Notes under the pieces: generated by a model | Told to the model about the DNA's origin: nothing | What the model saw: only the letters and a program-made list of their open reading frames with translations | Databases searched by the model: none | DNA from: a bacterium | GTDB taxonomy: Bacteria; SAR324; XYD2-FULL-50-16; G965216635 | Reading direction: 5' to 3' | DNA: 64,000 nt | NCBI GenBank assembly: GCA_965216635.1 | Contig: OZ244188.1 | Coordinates: 2,208,001 to 2,272,000 of the forward strand | Shown here: positions 9,898-20,052 of the stretch, one piece after another | Layout: every line of letters begins with the position of its first letter | How positions within the stretch are numbered: the first letter of the stretch is position 1 | Program-made: the position numbers and the translations under genes

Positions 9898-11256
9898 ATG
9901 AAAAACATAAATTCCCAAGTTTTAAGGAAAACTTTCGCTGTTCGTTTTACTCTGGTTCGTTTCGTTTTGGCTCGTTTCGTTTTGGCGGCTATTCTTATTC
10001 CCGCTATTCTTATAGGAAGTGCCTTTACTTTTGGAGGCAGCAATCTGCAAGCCCAAGCGGTTCAAAGCAGTAGCAAGCAGGGATTTTTCGTTGGCATTGC
10101 CTATCTAAATGGTTTTAAAGTGGATAGTAGCACTAAAACCACTAGAGTCACTAATTCTACTACTAATATTACTGGTACTACCAGAACATCCTATGATCCT
10201 AATGTTACCTATTCAGCTATCACCACTAGCATAGAAGCAGACGCTTCTTCTTTCTTTGATGCTACTCCTGATCTAAAAGCTGGAATAGAAGCTCTTATAG
10301 CAGCAAACTGTGAAACAGGAGCAACAACCGATGGAATCTATTCTTTTTCAAGTAGATTCAGCAGAATAATTTCCTTTGATGAAGGCACAAGAGATGGAGT
10401 AGGAAACACCGCAACCGACTTCGAACAACTTGGAGGAAATAGTAGTCGTGCATGGGATTTTAATGCATGTCGTAATCACTTTATTTCTAATGGTTTAACC
10501 GCTGCTGATTTTGATGATTATATACCACCTGTAAATAATACAGTGCAGGGTTCAATAATATCAACAACAACAGACTCAAACACATTAACACCAACAACCA
10601 ACAAGAGCGACAAACTCTCAGGCATTGGTCTGCAATTTGGCTTTAGGTGGGAAAAATGGAGAGCCTCTCTGACCCATTTTACTGGCAAGGGGGGAGATAA
10701 CGAGCTCGCCAATACACTAGTTATGGCGGATTATTTTGTCAACAAGGGTCTTTTTGTAGGAGGCGGTCTAGCGAGTATGAAGCTTACCAATAGCTCTGCC
10801 AGCGGCTCTGCTACTAGTCCCGTGGTTCAAGTCGGCTATAAGCAGAAATTAACCCCCAACCTATCGCTTAATTTTGGCTTGACGAAGTATATTTCGGGGG
10901 TTTCTCTAAAAAGTAGCACAGCTCCGACAACTACTCCCTATACTCCCGATCCCACTTTCAAGATTGACAGTACTACAAAAAAAAGCTTGACCTCTGAGCA
11001 GCCAAAAACAGGAGGATCAGTATTAATTGGTGCCTATATAGATGTCGATGGGAGTTTCCAAAACACAGTCTTCTACCAACTTGGTGATAGGAGAACAGAA
11101 GCAACCCAAGTTGGAAGCAGAACCGCTACTTACATAGAAACTATTGAGACTGGCACTGAAACCACAACAGAAGGAACAACAGAAACAACCACCGAAACCG
11201 AAGCCGAACTCAAAGCACCCCTCGTCATCAGCATCTCCTTCCATTTGAGTTTTTAA
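9898..11256 (+). CDS. Variable outer-membrane beta-barrel protein, paralog 1
   Basis: Likely start ATG 9898; signal peptide ending LQA-Q; alternating barrel strands; C-terminal ISFHLSF; scaffold shared with 4 other ORFs. Confidence 0.8.
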   Translation: MKNINSQVLRKTFAVRFTLVRFVLARFVLAAILIPAILIGSAFTFGGSNLQAQAVQSSSKQGFFVGIAYLNGFKVDSSTKTTRVTNSTTNITGTTRTSYDPNVTYSAITTSIEADASSFFDATPDLKAGIEALIAANCETGATTDGIYSFSSRFSRIISFDEGTRDGVGNTATDFEQLGGNSSRAWDFNACRNHFISNGLTAADFDDYIPPVNNTVQGSIISTTTDSNTLTPTTNKSDKLSGIGLQFGFRWEKWRASLTHFTGKGGDNELANTLVMADYFVNKGLFVGGGLASMKLTNSSASGSATSPVVQVGYKQKLTPNLSLNFGLTKYISGVSLKSSTAPTTTPYTPDPTFKIDSTTKKSLTSEQPKTGGSVLIGAYIDVDGSFQNTVFYQLGDRRTEATQVGSRTATYIETIETGTETTTEGTTETTTETEAELKAPLVISISFHLSF

Positions 11257-11266
11257 GAAAAAAAAA

Positions 11267-11364
11267 CTGCAAGGGATATTTTTTTACCAATTATTTCTGT
11301 AGGGGCTGGACTTGTGCCAGCCCATCAAAAAATGCGTCCCCGCCAAAAACACCAAAAACTGCAG
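11267..11364 (+). repeat. REP-like hairpin element 3' of paralog 1
   Basis: TGCAAGGGATA-Tn...An-TGCGTCCCCGCC with an inner GTAG-GGGCTGG-N7-CCAGCCC hairpin (11299-11323); same stem at 29399-29800 and 31178-31390. Confidence 0.7.
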
Positions 11365-11509
11365 ATCTTCTCTACTATCCTAGTATCAGATTTTTCCTAA
11401 TTTTTTATTACTTAAGCAGTTGAAAAAAATTATAATAGTCTATAGTCTATTAATGTTTCTCAAAGCTATTTAAAAAAAATAGCCAAAAACAACCAAAAAC
11501 AGCCAAAAA

Positions 11510-12904
11510 ATGAAAAAAACTCTTTACCAAAAAATTTGGGATTCGCACCTAGTAAGAGAAAAAGAAGGAGAAAATTCTTTACTCTACATAGACCTGCATT
11601 TAGTACACGAAGTAACCAGCCCCCAGGCTTTTGAAGGATTGCGTCTGCAAAAAAGAAAAATCCGCCGTGCAGCTAAAATTTTAGCGACTATGGATCACAA
11701 TGTTCCTACAAAACAAAGAGAGCAAATTATAGATCCTATTTCCAAACTACAGATAGATACTCTCGCTCAAAATTGCCGAGAAAATAAACTAGAACTTTAC
11801 GACCTACAAGATATAAGACAGGGCATCGTGCATGTTATAGCTCCCGAACAGGGCTATACTTTGCCCGGTACGACCATAGTTTGTGGAGATAGCCATACCG
11901 CAACCCACGGAGCTTTCGGCTGTTTGGCTTTTGGTATAGGCACTTCTGAAGTGGAACATGTATTGGCAACTCAATGCTTACAACAAAGCAAATCTAAAAT
12001 AATGAAAGTTTATTTTGATAGCGCACTTCCTTTTGGAACTACTGCCAAAGATATGACTCTTTGTGTAATTCACAAAACGGGAGTAGGAGGAGGAGCTGGA
12101 CATATTATAGAATACACGGGAAAAGCTATTGATAATTTATCTATGGAAGGCAGAATGACGGTTTGCAATATGGCAATAGAGGGTGGAGCAAGGGCTGGAA
12201 TGATAGCACCTGATACAACTACTTTTGAGTATTTAAAAGACAAACTCCATTCACCTAAAGAAGAGCATTGGGATTTGGCTATGGAGCATTGGAAAACTCT
12301 TTACTCTGATGCGGATGCAGTTTTTGATAAAGAGGTGATTATCAAAGAAGAAGATTTAATGCCTTACGTGACTTGGGGAACAAACCCGGCTCAATCTGTC
12401 GGAGTAACGGGAAAAGTACCCGATCCTACAGATTTTGAAAATCCAGAAGAACAACAATCCTGTCAAAGAGCCTTAGATTATATGGGTTTAAAACCTCACA
12501 CAGCTATACAAGATATTCGTCCAGCTGTGGTTTTTATTGGCTCTTGCACAAACTCTAGGATTGAAGATTTAAGAGCAGTTGCTAAATTTGTAAAAGGCAA
12601 AAAAGTAGCGGATACTATCTACGCTATAGTTGTGCCGGGTTCTGGTTTAATCAAAAAACAAGCCGAAGAAGAGGGTATAGATAGGATCTTAAAAGAAGCT
12701 GGTTTTGATTGGAGAGAAGCGGGCTGCTCTATGTGTTTGGGTATGAACGACGATCAACTAAAACCTTATCAAAGATGCGCCTCCACCTCCAACAGAAACT
12801 TTGAAGGCAGGCAAGGGAAAAAAGGAAGAACTCACTTGGTATCACCTATTATGGCTGCCGCCACTGCTATTCACGGACAGTTTGTAGATGTTAGGCAGTT
12901 TTAA
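11510..12904 (+). CDS. leuC: 3-isopropylmalate dehydratase large subunit
   Basis: [23 protein letters not shown] and [10 protein letters not shown] motifs. Confidence 0.98.
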   Translation: MKKTLYQKIWDSHLVREKEGENSLLYIDLHLVHEVTSPQAFEGLRLQKRKIRRAAKILATMDHNVPTKQREQIIDPISKLQIDTLAQNCRENKLELYDLQDIRQGIVHVIAPEQGYTLPGTTIVCGDSHTATHGAFGCLAFGIGTSEVEHVLATQCLQQSKSKIMKVYFDSALPFGTTAKDMTLCVIHKTGVGGGAGHIIEYTGKAIDNLSMEGRMTVCNMAIEGGARAGMIAPDTTTFEYLKDKLHSPKEEHWDLAMEHWKTLYSDADAVFDKEVIIKEEDLMPYVTWGTNPAQSVGVTGKVPDPTDFENPEEQQSCQRALDYMGLKPHTAIQDIRPAVVFIGSCTNSRIEDLRAVAKFVKGKKVADTIYAIVVPGSGLIKKQAEEEGIDRILKEAGFDWREAGCSMCLGMNDDQLKPYQRCASTSNRNFEGRQGKKGRTHLVSPIMAAATAIHGQFVDVRQF

Positions 12905-13019
12905 TCTATCAGTAGCATAAACTAATTTTTACTTGACTGTTAGCATAAAATAATTTTTACTTGATTTAATAACTAATTTTGTTATATTATTGTTATAAGA
13001 GAAATTCAAAATATTAATA

Positions 13020-13415
13020 ATGTTACAACAAACAGAACAAACACCAGCTTTTTTAGGGCTATACGAAGCACTTATTAGTGCTGGAGCCCAAAAAGAAAAG
13101 GCTAAGGCTGCTACAAAAAAAATCCTAGAAACCTTACCTAAACAGACAACAGCAGTAGAAGAAAATGGTTTGGATTTAAGCCATCCAAACGAGGCTGCAA
13201 CTAAAAAAGATTTGAAAATTTTAGATTTACAAATTGGACAAAAAATAGCAGAAATTAAAAGCGAATTAGAGCAAAAAATAGCAGAAACTAGAAGTGCGTT
13301 AGAACTAAAAATAGCAGAAATGAAAAGCGATTTAATCAAATGGGTATTCGGAATTGTTTTGACAGGGATGACTTTTTCTACAGCCTTAACTTTCGCTTTA
13401 GCAAAATTTTTGTAG
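13020..13415 (+). CDS. DUF1640/CCDC90-like membrane-anchored coiled-coil protein, copy 1 (3 x 11-aa modules)
   Basis: Helical head, ATKKDL neck, [15 protein letters not shown] repeats, C-terminal [12 protein letters not shown]. Confidence 0.8.
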   Translation: MLQQTEQTPAFLGLYEALISAGAQKEKAKAATKKILETLPKQTTAVEENGLDLSHPNEAATKKDLKILDLQIGQKIAEIKSELEQKIAETRSALELKIAEMKSDLIKWVFGIVLTGMTFSTALTFALAKFL

Positions 13416-13458
13416 AGCAATTGTAATAATGAAACCACTTACCAAACTATACTAAATA

Positions 13459-13920
13459 ATGTTACAACAAACACAACAAACACCAGCTTTTTTAGGGCTA
13501 TACGAAGCACTTATTAGTGCTGGAGCCCAAAAAGAAAAGGCTAAGGCTGCTACAAAAAAAATCCTAGAAACCTTACCTAAACAGACAACAGCAGTAGAAG
13601 AAAATGGTTTGGATTTAAGCCATCCAAACGAGGCTGCAACTAAAAAAGATTTGAAAATTTTAGATTTACAAATTGGACAAAAAATAGCAGAAATTAAAAG
13701 CGATTTAGAGCAAAAAATAGCAGAAATTAAAAGCGAATTAGAGCAAAAAATAATGGAGAGTCAAAACAAGTTAGAACTAAAAATAGCAGAAACTAAAAGC
13801 GAATTAGAGCAAAAAATAGCAGAAATGAAAAGCGATTTAATCAAATGGGTATTCGGAATTGTTTTGACAGGTATGACTTTTTCTACAGCCTTAACTTTCG
13901 CTTTAGCAAAATTTTTGTAG
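13459..13920 (+). CDS. DUF1640-like coiled-coil protein, copy 2 (5 modules)
   Basis: Near-identical to copy 1, 22 aa longer. Confidence 0.8.
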   Translation: MLQQTQQTPAFLGLYEALISAGAQKEKAKAATKKILETLPKQTTAVEENGLDLSHPNEAATKKDLKILDLQIGQKIAEIKSDLEQKIAEIKSELEQKIMESQNKLELKIAETKSELEQKIAEMKSDLIKWVFGIVLTGMTFSTALTFALAKFL

Positions 13921-13963
13921 AGCAATTATAATAATGAAACCACTTACCAAACTATACTAAATA

Positions 13964-14491
13964 ATGTTACAACAAACACAACAAACACCAGCTTTTTTAG
14001 GGCTATACGAAGCACTTATTAGTGCTGGAGCCCAAAAAGAAAAGGCTAAGGCTGCTACAAAAAAAATCCTAGAAACCTTACCTAAACAGACAACAGCAGT
14101 AGAAGAAAATGGTTTGGATTTAAGCCATCCAAACGATGCGGCAACTAAAAAAGATTTGAAAATTTTAGATTTACAAATTGGACAAAAAATAGCAGAAATT
14201 AAAAGCGATTTAGAGCAAAAAATAATAGAGAGTCAAAACAAGTTAGAGCAAAAAATAGCAGAAATTAAAAGCGATTTAGAGCAAAAAATAATAAAGAGTC
14301 AAAACAAGTTAGAGCAAAAAATGGCAGAAATTAAAAGCGAATTAGAGCAAAAAATAGCAGAAACTAGAAGTGCGTTAGAACTAAAAATAGCAGAAATGAA
14401 AAGCGATTTAATCAAATGGGTATTCGGAATTGTTTTGACAGGTATGACTATTTCTACAGCCTTAACTTTCGCTTTAGCAAAATTTTTGTAG
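13964..14491 (+). CDS. DUF1640-like coiled-coil protein, copy 3 (7 modules)
   Basis: Near-identical to copy 1, 44 aa longer. Confidence 0.8.
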   Translation: MLQQTQQTPAFLGLYEALISAGAQKEKAKAATKKILETLPKQTTAVEENGLDLSHPNDAATKKDLKILDLQIGQKIAEIKSDLEQKIIESQNKLEQKIAEIKSDLEQKIIKSQNKLEQKMAEIKSELEQKIAETRSALELKIAEMKSDLIKWVFGIVLTGMTISTALTFALAKFL

Positions 14492-14534
14492 AGCAATTGT
14501 AATAATGAAACCACTTACCAAACTATACTAAATA

Positions 14535-15029
14535 ATGTTACAACAAACACAACAAACACCAGCTTTTTTAGGGCTATACGAAGCACTTATTAGTGCTGGA
14601 GCCCAAAAAGAAAAGGCTAAGGCTGCTACAAAAAAAATCCTAGAAACCTTACCTAAACAGACAACAGCAGTAGAAGAAAATGGTTTGGATTTAAGCCATC
14701 CAAACGATGCGGCAACTAAAAAAGATTTGAAAATTTTAGATTTACAAATTGGACAAAAAATAGCAGAAATTAAAAGCGATTTAGAGCAAAAAATAATAGA
14801 GAGTCAAAACAAGTTAGAGCAAAAAATAGCAGAAATTAAAAGCGAATTAGAGCAAAAAATGGCAGAAAATAAAAGCGAATTAGAGCAAAAAATAGCAGAA
14901 ACTAGAAGTGCGTTAGAACTAAAAATAGCAGAAACTAAAAGCGATTTAATCAAATGGGTATTCGGAATTGTTTTGACAGGTATGACTTTTTCTACAGCCT
15001 TAACTTTCGCTTTAGCAAAATTTTTGTAG
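14535..15029 (+). CDS. DUF1640-like coiled-coil protein, copy 4 (6 modules)
   Basis: Near-identical to copy 1, 33 aa longer. Confidence 0.8.
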   Translation: MLQQTQQTPAFLGLYEALISAGAQKEKAKAATKKILETLPKQTTAVEENGLDLSHPNDAATKKDLKILDLQIGQKIAEIKSDLEQKIIESQNKLEQKIAEIKSELEQKMAENKSELEQKIAETRSALELKIAETKSDLIKWVFGIVLTGMTFSTALTFALAKFL

Positions 15030-15072
15030 AGCAATTGTAATAATGAAACCACTTACCAAACTATACTAAATA

Positions 15073-15633
15073 ATGTTACAACAAACACAACAAACACCAG
15101 CTTTTTTAGGGCTATACGAAGCACTTATTAGTGCTGGAGCCCAAAAAGAAAAAGCTAAGGCTGCTACAAAAAAAATCCTAGAAACCTTACCTAAACAGAC
15201 AACAGCAGTAGAAGAAAATGGTTTGGATTTAAGCCATCCAAACGAGGCTGCAACTAAAAAAGATTTGAAAATTTTAGATTTACAAATTGGACAAAAAATA
15301 GCAGAAATTAAAAGCGATTTAGAGCAAAAAATAATAGAGAGTCAAACCAAGTTAGAGCAAAAAATAGCAGAAATTAAAAGCGATTTAGAGCAAAAAATAG
15401 CAGAAATTAAAAGCGATTTAGAGCAAAAAATAATAAAGAGTCAAAACAAGTTAGAGCAAAAAATGGCAGAAAATAAAAGCGAATTAGAGCAAAAAATAGC
15501 AGAAACTAGAAGTGCGTTAGAACTAAAAATAGCAGAAATGAAAAGCGATTTAATCAAATGGGTATTCGGAATTGTTTTGACAGGTATGACTTTTTCTACA
15601 GCCTTAACTTTCGCTTTAGCAAAATTTTTGTAG
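15073..15633 (+). CDS. DUF1640-like coiled-coil protein, copy 5 (8 modules)
   Basis: Near-identical to copy 1, 55 aa longer. Confidence 0.8.
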   Translation: MLQQTQQTPAFLGLYEALISAGAQKEKAKAATKKILETLPKQTTAVEENGLDLSHPNEAATKKDLKILDLQIGQKIAEIKSDLEQKIIESQTKLEQKIAEIKSDLEQKIAEIKSDLEQKIIKSQNKLEQKMAENKSELEQKIAETRSALELKIAEMKSDLIKWVFGIVLTGMTFSTALTFALAKFL

Positions 15634-15646
15634 AGCAATTGTAAAA

Positions 15647-16273
15647 ATGAAACCACTAGTTAAACACAAAGGAATCGTTGCTTTGTTAAACAGAGCAGAC
15701 GTAGACACCGACCAAATTATACCCAAGCAATTTTTAAAAAAAATAGGCAAAACAGGGTTTGGTGAAGCTCTTTTTTTTGACTGGAGGTATCTAGAAAATG
15801 GAAAACTAAATCCAGATTTTGAACTCAATCATCCACAATTTCAGGGCGCATCTATTTTGCTTGCTGGAGACAATTTTGGCTGTGGTTCTTCTAGAGAACA
15901 CGCTCCGTGGTCGCTTTTAGAATACGGCTTTCGGGTGATTATTTCTAGCAGTTTTGCCGATATTTTTTACAACAACTGCCTTAAAAACGGAGTGCTCCCT
16001 ATAACTTTAAACAAAGAAATAATTGCTTCTCTAATGAAGCAAGTAGAAAATCACCTTTCAGAAAATCAAGGAGGATGTTCCTTTGAAATAAACCTAAAGG
16101 CTCAAACTCTAATGGACGCTCAAGGCAACTCTATCACTTTTGAAGTGGATTCTTTTCGCAAAAAATTTTTGCTTCAAGGAATGGACGATATAGATTGGAC
16201 TTTGCAATACAAAGATTACATTGAGCAATTTGAAGAAAAACAAAAAAAAACTATGCCTTGGCTTTGGAGATAA
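15647..16273 (+). CDS. leuD: 3-isopropylmalate dehydratase small subunit
   Basis: [13 protein letters not shown] and [11 protein letters not shown] motifs. Confidence 0.98.
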   Translation: MKPLVKHKGIVALLNRADVDTDQIIPKQFLKKIGKTGFGEALFFDWRYLENGKLNPDFELNHPQFQGASILLAGDNFGCGSSREHAPWSLLEYGFRVIISSSFADIFYNNCLKNGVLPITLNKEIIASLMKQVENHLSENQGGCSFEINLKAQTLMDAQGNSITFEVDSFRKKFLLQGMDDIDWTLQYKDYIEQFEEKQKKTMPWLWR

Positions 16274-16944
16274 AATTAAAAAATTGGATAGACAACCCAG
16301 ATTGGAAAAATTTTTTTGAAACCCAAACAAAATTGCCTTACTGGGAAAAGCTGGAAAATTTACTACAGCAAGAAGAACAACAAGGGAAAAAAATCTACCC
16401 ACCAAAAGAAAAAATATTTCGCATTTTCAACAAGCTATCTCCTCAAAACATCAAAGTTATTATCTTAGGGCAGGACCCTTATCACCAAAAAGGGCAAGCC
16501 GATGGATTTGCCTTTTCTATCAGTTCTTCTAATTTACCGCTACCACCAAGTTTGCAGAATATTTTCAAAGAAATTTTAGCAACAAAAAAAATCAAACAGT
16601 TCCCTAAAGGAGATTTAAGCGCGTGGGTATCGCAAGGAGTATTTTTGCTAAATACAATTTTGACTGTCAGAGATTCCGAACCACTTTCACACCAGAATTT
16701 TGGTTGGCAGATTCTTATCCAAAATACACTACGATTTTTAGATAAAAAGACGGAGTGCATTTTACTATGGGGAAAAAATGCAGTTTTTTATAAAAAAGAA
16801 TTGAAAAACCCAAACCACTTGGTTTTAGAAACAAGTCATCCCTCACCTCTTTCTGTTTATCGTGGGTTTTCTGGTTGTGGACATTTTGAAAAGGTGAACC
16901 AATGGCTAAAAAAACAAACCCAAATTCCTATTCGTTGGCTCTGA
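16258..16944 (+). CDS. ung: Uracil-DNA glycosylase (family 1)
   Basis: GQDPYH, PPSL, LLN and HPSPLS motifs; start uncertain. Confidence 0.95.
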   Translation: MALEIKLKNWIDNPDWKNFFETQTKLPYWEKLENLLQQEEQQGKKIYPPKEKIFRIFNKLSPQNIKVIILGQDPYHQKGQADGFAFSISSSNLPLPPSLQNIFKEILATKKIKQFPKGDLSAWVSQGVFLLNTILTVRDSEPLSHQNFGWQILIQNTLRFLDKKTECILLWGKNAVFYKKELKNPNHLVLETSHPSPLSVYRGFSGCGHFEKVNQWLKKQTQIPIRWL

Positions 16945-16954
16945 TTTTTGAGAA

Positions 16955-17189
16955 TAGACTGTCGTATTTGCATTCTGTTTAGCCAAAACAAGCTTATTGC
17001 TTAAATTACTTACAGAAGGACTGTAAAAAAGCCACTGGCTTTTTTACAATACTTTTTCGGTAAGACTTAGTTTTTTGGCATTTCGCTTAAACGATATGCT
17101 CCGCTGTTTTACAAATTTTCGTACCTGTTCTAACTATTTGGCTAGCCGTCACAGCTGGTTTTATCCTATTTGGAAAATTCAGAGGTCTA
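16955..17189. mobile_element. MITE-like element
   Basis: TAGACTGTCGTATTTGC...AAATTCAGAGGTCTA ends; shared blocks TTTAGCCAAAACAAGCTTATTGC and TTTGGCTAGCCGTCACAGCTGG. Confidence 0.8.
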
Positions 17190-17206
17190 GAGTAGTTTGA
17201 AAAAAA

Positions 17207-17512
17207 TCACTCTTGAAATTTTCCAAACCAAAAATCAATTTTTCTAGCGTCAGAAATCACTTCAAAAGATTTTTTTAATCCCATAGAAATCGTTTCATCA
17301 ATGATTACTCTACCAGGATAGTGAATTGCTGCTTCCCCAAAAAACTCATCGCACCAAGAAGGAGCAATGGCTCGCATTCCAGAAAAATCAAAAAACAGTT
17401 GCTCTGTTTTAGGTAAAGAATCTAACTCTCGTTTTAAGGATTGGAAAGCTGTTCTTCCTTCTTCTCTTCCTCCAAGATAGATACCGTAAGATTGTAATAA
17501 TTTTTTTTTCAT
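17207..17512 (-). CDS. STAS-like domain protein (DUF4325-like)
   Basis: LGGREEG...FDFSGMRAIAPSWCDEFFG pattern. Confidence 0.75.
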   Translation of the reverse strand: MKKKLLQSYGIYLGGREEGRTAFQSLKRELDSLPKTEQLFFDFSGMRAIAPSWCDEFFGEAAIHYPGRVIIDETISMGLKKSFEVISDARKIDFWFGKFQE

Positions 17513-17517
17513 TTGTT

Positions 17518-18342
17518 TTAATATTTAACACTAAAAAACACATTCGCACCTGTTGTAAAAGGAGTTTCAAAAGTTTGTTTGTCGAAAACAGATACAAATG
17601 TATTTCCAGACCTAAGGTATAATTTCCCTTGAAACCCATTTAAAACATTTTTCTGTAAAAAGTCAAGCCCGTTTCCACCCATCTTTTGCAGTCTGCCTGT
17701 AGTATTGGCTTTTAAAGCCAAAAAAATAGCTTTTTTTTGTGAATCCAACTCTGGATAATTTGCTTTTAAAGTTTTCAAAAAACCTGCTCCAAAATCACAA
17801 AAACTAAAACAAAGCTCTTTTTTCTTTGAAAAATTTTGAACGAATAAAATAGCCAAAGGACGTTTGCCAGCCCAATTCCATTCTTCCCCAAGGTTATGAG
17901 AAAAAGCATTGTCTGCTACTTCAAATAAAGACATAATGACTGACTGAATATTATCATCACCTAACCCAATATTTTTTAATAGCATATCTAGTTTATATGC
18001 ATTACTATAAATTGCCTCTTTGCCATAGTAAGTTTGCAATTCTAAAAATTTTTCACTCTCTATAATATCACTGGCAACAGGGTAAGATTTATTACTAGGA
18101 TCGGGACTTAATTTTTTGACTTGCTCCAGTTTTTTAAAAAAATTCATAAAATACAAGTAAGAAACAGCATCCGTTTCATTAACAATTTTATAATTTTCTC
18201 CTGCAAAATCAAAATTGATAATATAGGCAAAAAGCTCTGTAATCTCAAAGGTGTTTAAAAAATTCACTCCTTCAAAATCAAGAACAAGATTGTTTTCTTG
18301 CTCTTTTAGAATTTTGCTAATTTTGGAATAATCTGCATACAT
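17518..18342 (-). CDS. STAS-like + GHKL/HATPase (anti-sigma-kinase-like) protein
   Basis: N-terminal LVLDFEGVNFL; N box EVADNAFSH, G1 DFGAGF, G2 GGNGL. Confidence 0.75.
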   Translation of the reverse strand: MYADYSKISKILKEQENNLVLDFEGVNFLNTFEITELFAYIINFDFAGENYKIVNETDAVSYLYFMNFFKKLEQVKKLSPDPSNKSYPVASDIIESEKFLELQTYYGKEAIYSNAYKLDMLLKNIGLGDDNIQSVIMSLFEVADNAFSHNLGEEWNWAGKRPLAILFVQNFSKKKELCFSFCDFGAGFLKTLKANYPELDSQKKAIFLALKANTTGRLQKMGGNGLDFLQKNVLNGFQGKLYLRSGNTFVSVFDKQTFETPFTTGANVFFSVKY

Positions 18343-18419
18343 TAGAGTCTTTACGGTTGAAATTTATGAATAATTAAAGTATACTCCAGTTTTAGATAAA
18401 ACTCAAGAACTACAAAAAA

Positions 18420-19229
18420 GTGTCTCCTATAATTAAAGCGATCCCTTGCCCTCGTTGCAAACAACTATTTTCTGAAAATCAAGATTATTGCCCAAACTGT
18501 GGTTTTAGACCTACCGCTTCTGGTTTCAGCTGGCAAAAATACCTCATCAAGCAGGATGTTTTTCTTTCTGCAATTATCTATTCTAATATATTTATTTTTA
18601 TTGGCTCCATTCTCTTGTCTATATTTTCTGGCTTTGGCGCGGCTTCCGATTTTTTTGGTTTCCCCGTTCCCGCTTTAAACGTGTTAGAAAAGTTAGGAGG
18701 GCTTTATACACAGGCTATATTCAAAGGTGAATTGTATCGGCTTATCAATTATTTTTTTTTGCACGCTAGTGTGATGCATATTTTATTGAACATGGCGTGG
18801 TGTTATTTTTTAAGAAATCAGTTAAAAGATTTTCCTTCTAAAATTATTTTTTTGATTTATTTCGTTAGCGGTATTTCGGGAGGCACCTTGGCATTTTTAT
18901 TAGAGAGAGATGCATTAGTAGTAGGATCATCAGGAGCAGTTTTTGGACTTTTAGGAGCCCTTTTAGCCTATGCTAGAAAAAGAAAAGATATCATAGGTTT
19001 TTTGCTCTGGAAACAGTTTTCTTTTCTTGCTTTAATGATGATTTTGTTTGGATTTTTGTTACCCAATGTTAGTAACAGCGGACACTTAGGCGGTATAGCG
19101 GGAGGTTTTCTTTTTACTTGGTTTGTTGTTTTAGGAGATATGCCACAAAAAATTACAATAATGAGATTTTTAACCTTCCTTTTTTATGGAGCTATTTTAT
19201 GGGGAGTATCGGGTCTCTTTTTGTACTGA
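18420..19229 (+). CDS. Rhomboid intramembrane serine protease with N-terminal zinc ribbon
   Basis: CPRC/CPNC; HILLNM, GSSGA and HLGG motifs. Confidence 0.9.
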   Translation: MSPIIKAIPCPRCKQLFSENQDYCPNCGFRPTASGFSWQKYLIKQDVFLSAIIYSNIFIFIGSILLSIFSGFGAASDFFGFPVPALNVLEKLGGLYTQAIFKGELYRLINYFFLHASVMHILLNMAWCYFLRNQLKDFPSKIIFLIYFVSGISGGTLAFLLERDALVVGSSGAVFGLLGALLAYARKRKDIIGFLLWKQFSFLALMMILFGFLLPNVSNSGHLGGIAGGFLFTWFVVLGDMPQKITIMRFLTFLFYGAILWGVSGLFLY

Positions 19230-19233
19230 TTAT

Positions 19234-20052
19234 ATGAACTATTCTCAAAAAATATTTGGAGTCCTCAATATTACCGAAGATTCTTTTTTTGACGGCAAAA
19301 AATATTTAGATCCCCAAAAAGCAATTCAGCAAGCCTTTCTATTAAAAGAGCAAGGAGCCGATATTATTGATATAGGAGCGGCTTCCTCTCACCCAGATTC
19401 TATGGATGTCTCTGCGGAAACAGAAATAAAAAGGCTCTCTAAAGTTATTCCTATTTTAAAAAAAGAAGGCTTTGTGATTTCTGTAGATTCTTTTCAGCCT
19501 GAAGTACAGCTTTTTGCGATGGAGCAAGGAGTAGATATTCTCAATGATATTTCTGGATTTGCAAACCCAGAAATTTATAGCAGTCTAGCAAAACAATCTT
19601 GCAGTTTGATAGTAATGCACTCTATCCAGAGAAAAGGAAAAGCCAATCGTAAAAATATTTCTCCTGAAGCTATTACTGATAGTTTGCTAGAATTTTTTCA
19701 AAGCCGTTTATCTGAATTACAAGAAGCAGGTATTTCAAGAGAGAGAATTATTATAGACCCAGGTATGGGATTTTTTCTTAGTTCTGACCCTGAAACCTCC
19801 TTTGAGGTTTTAAGAAATATCACACTCCTAAAAAAAGCTTTCCAGCTTCCTATTTTAATTGGAATATCTAGAAAATCTTTTATGCAACGGTTTTTGGGGA
19901 AAGATAAAAACAAAATAGGAGCTTCCTGCGGGTATCTAGAATTTTTACTTTTTGAACAAGGAATATCTATCCGCACCCATAATCCTGATTTTTTGAACGA
20001 TTTTCTGCTAATTAAAAACAAACTAAAAGCTAATGTTGCTAAATCATCCTGA
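19234..20052 (+). CDS. folP: Dihydropteroate synthase of Sul-like type
   Basis: NITEDSFFD, DSFQPE, MHS, DPGMGFFLS, SRKSF and RTH motifs; likely start ATG 19234. Confidence 0.92.
   Translation: MNYSQKIFGVLNITEDSFFDGKKYLDPQKAIQQAFLLKEQGADIIDIGAASSHPDSMDVSAETEIKRLSKVIPILKKEGFVISVDSFQPEVQLFAMEQGVDILNDISGFANPEIYSSLAKQSCSLIVMHSIQRKGKANRKNISPEAITDSLLEFFQSRLSELQEAGISRERIIIDPGMGFFLSSDPETSFEVLRNITLLKKAFQLPILIGISRKSFMQRFLGKDKNKIGASCGYLEFLLFEQGISIRTHNPDFLNDFLLIKNKLKANVAKSS

Noticed and set aside
12929..15828. Minus-strand ORFs over the coiled-coil array
   Set aside because: Antisense shadows of the repetitive plus-strand genes with no independent coding signal
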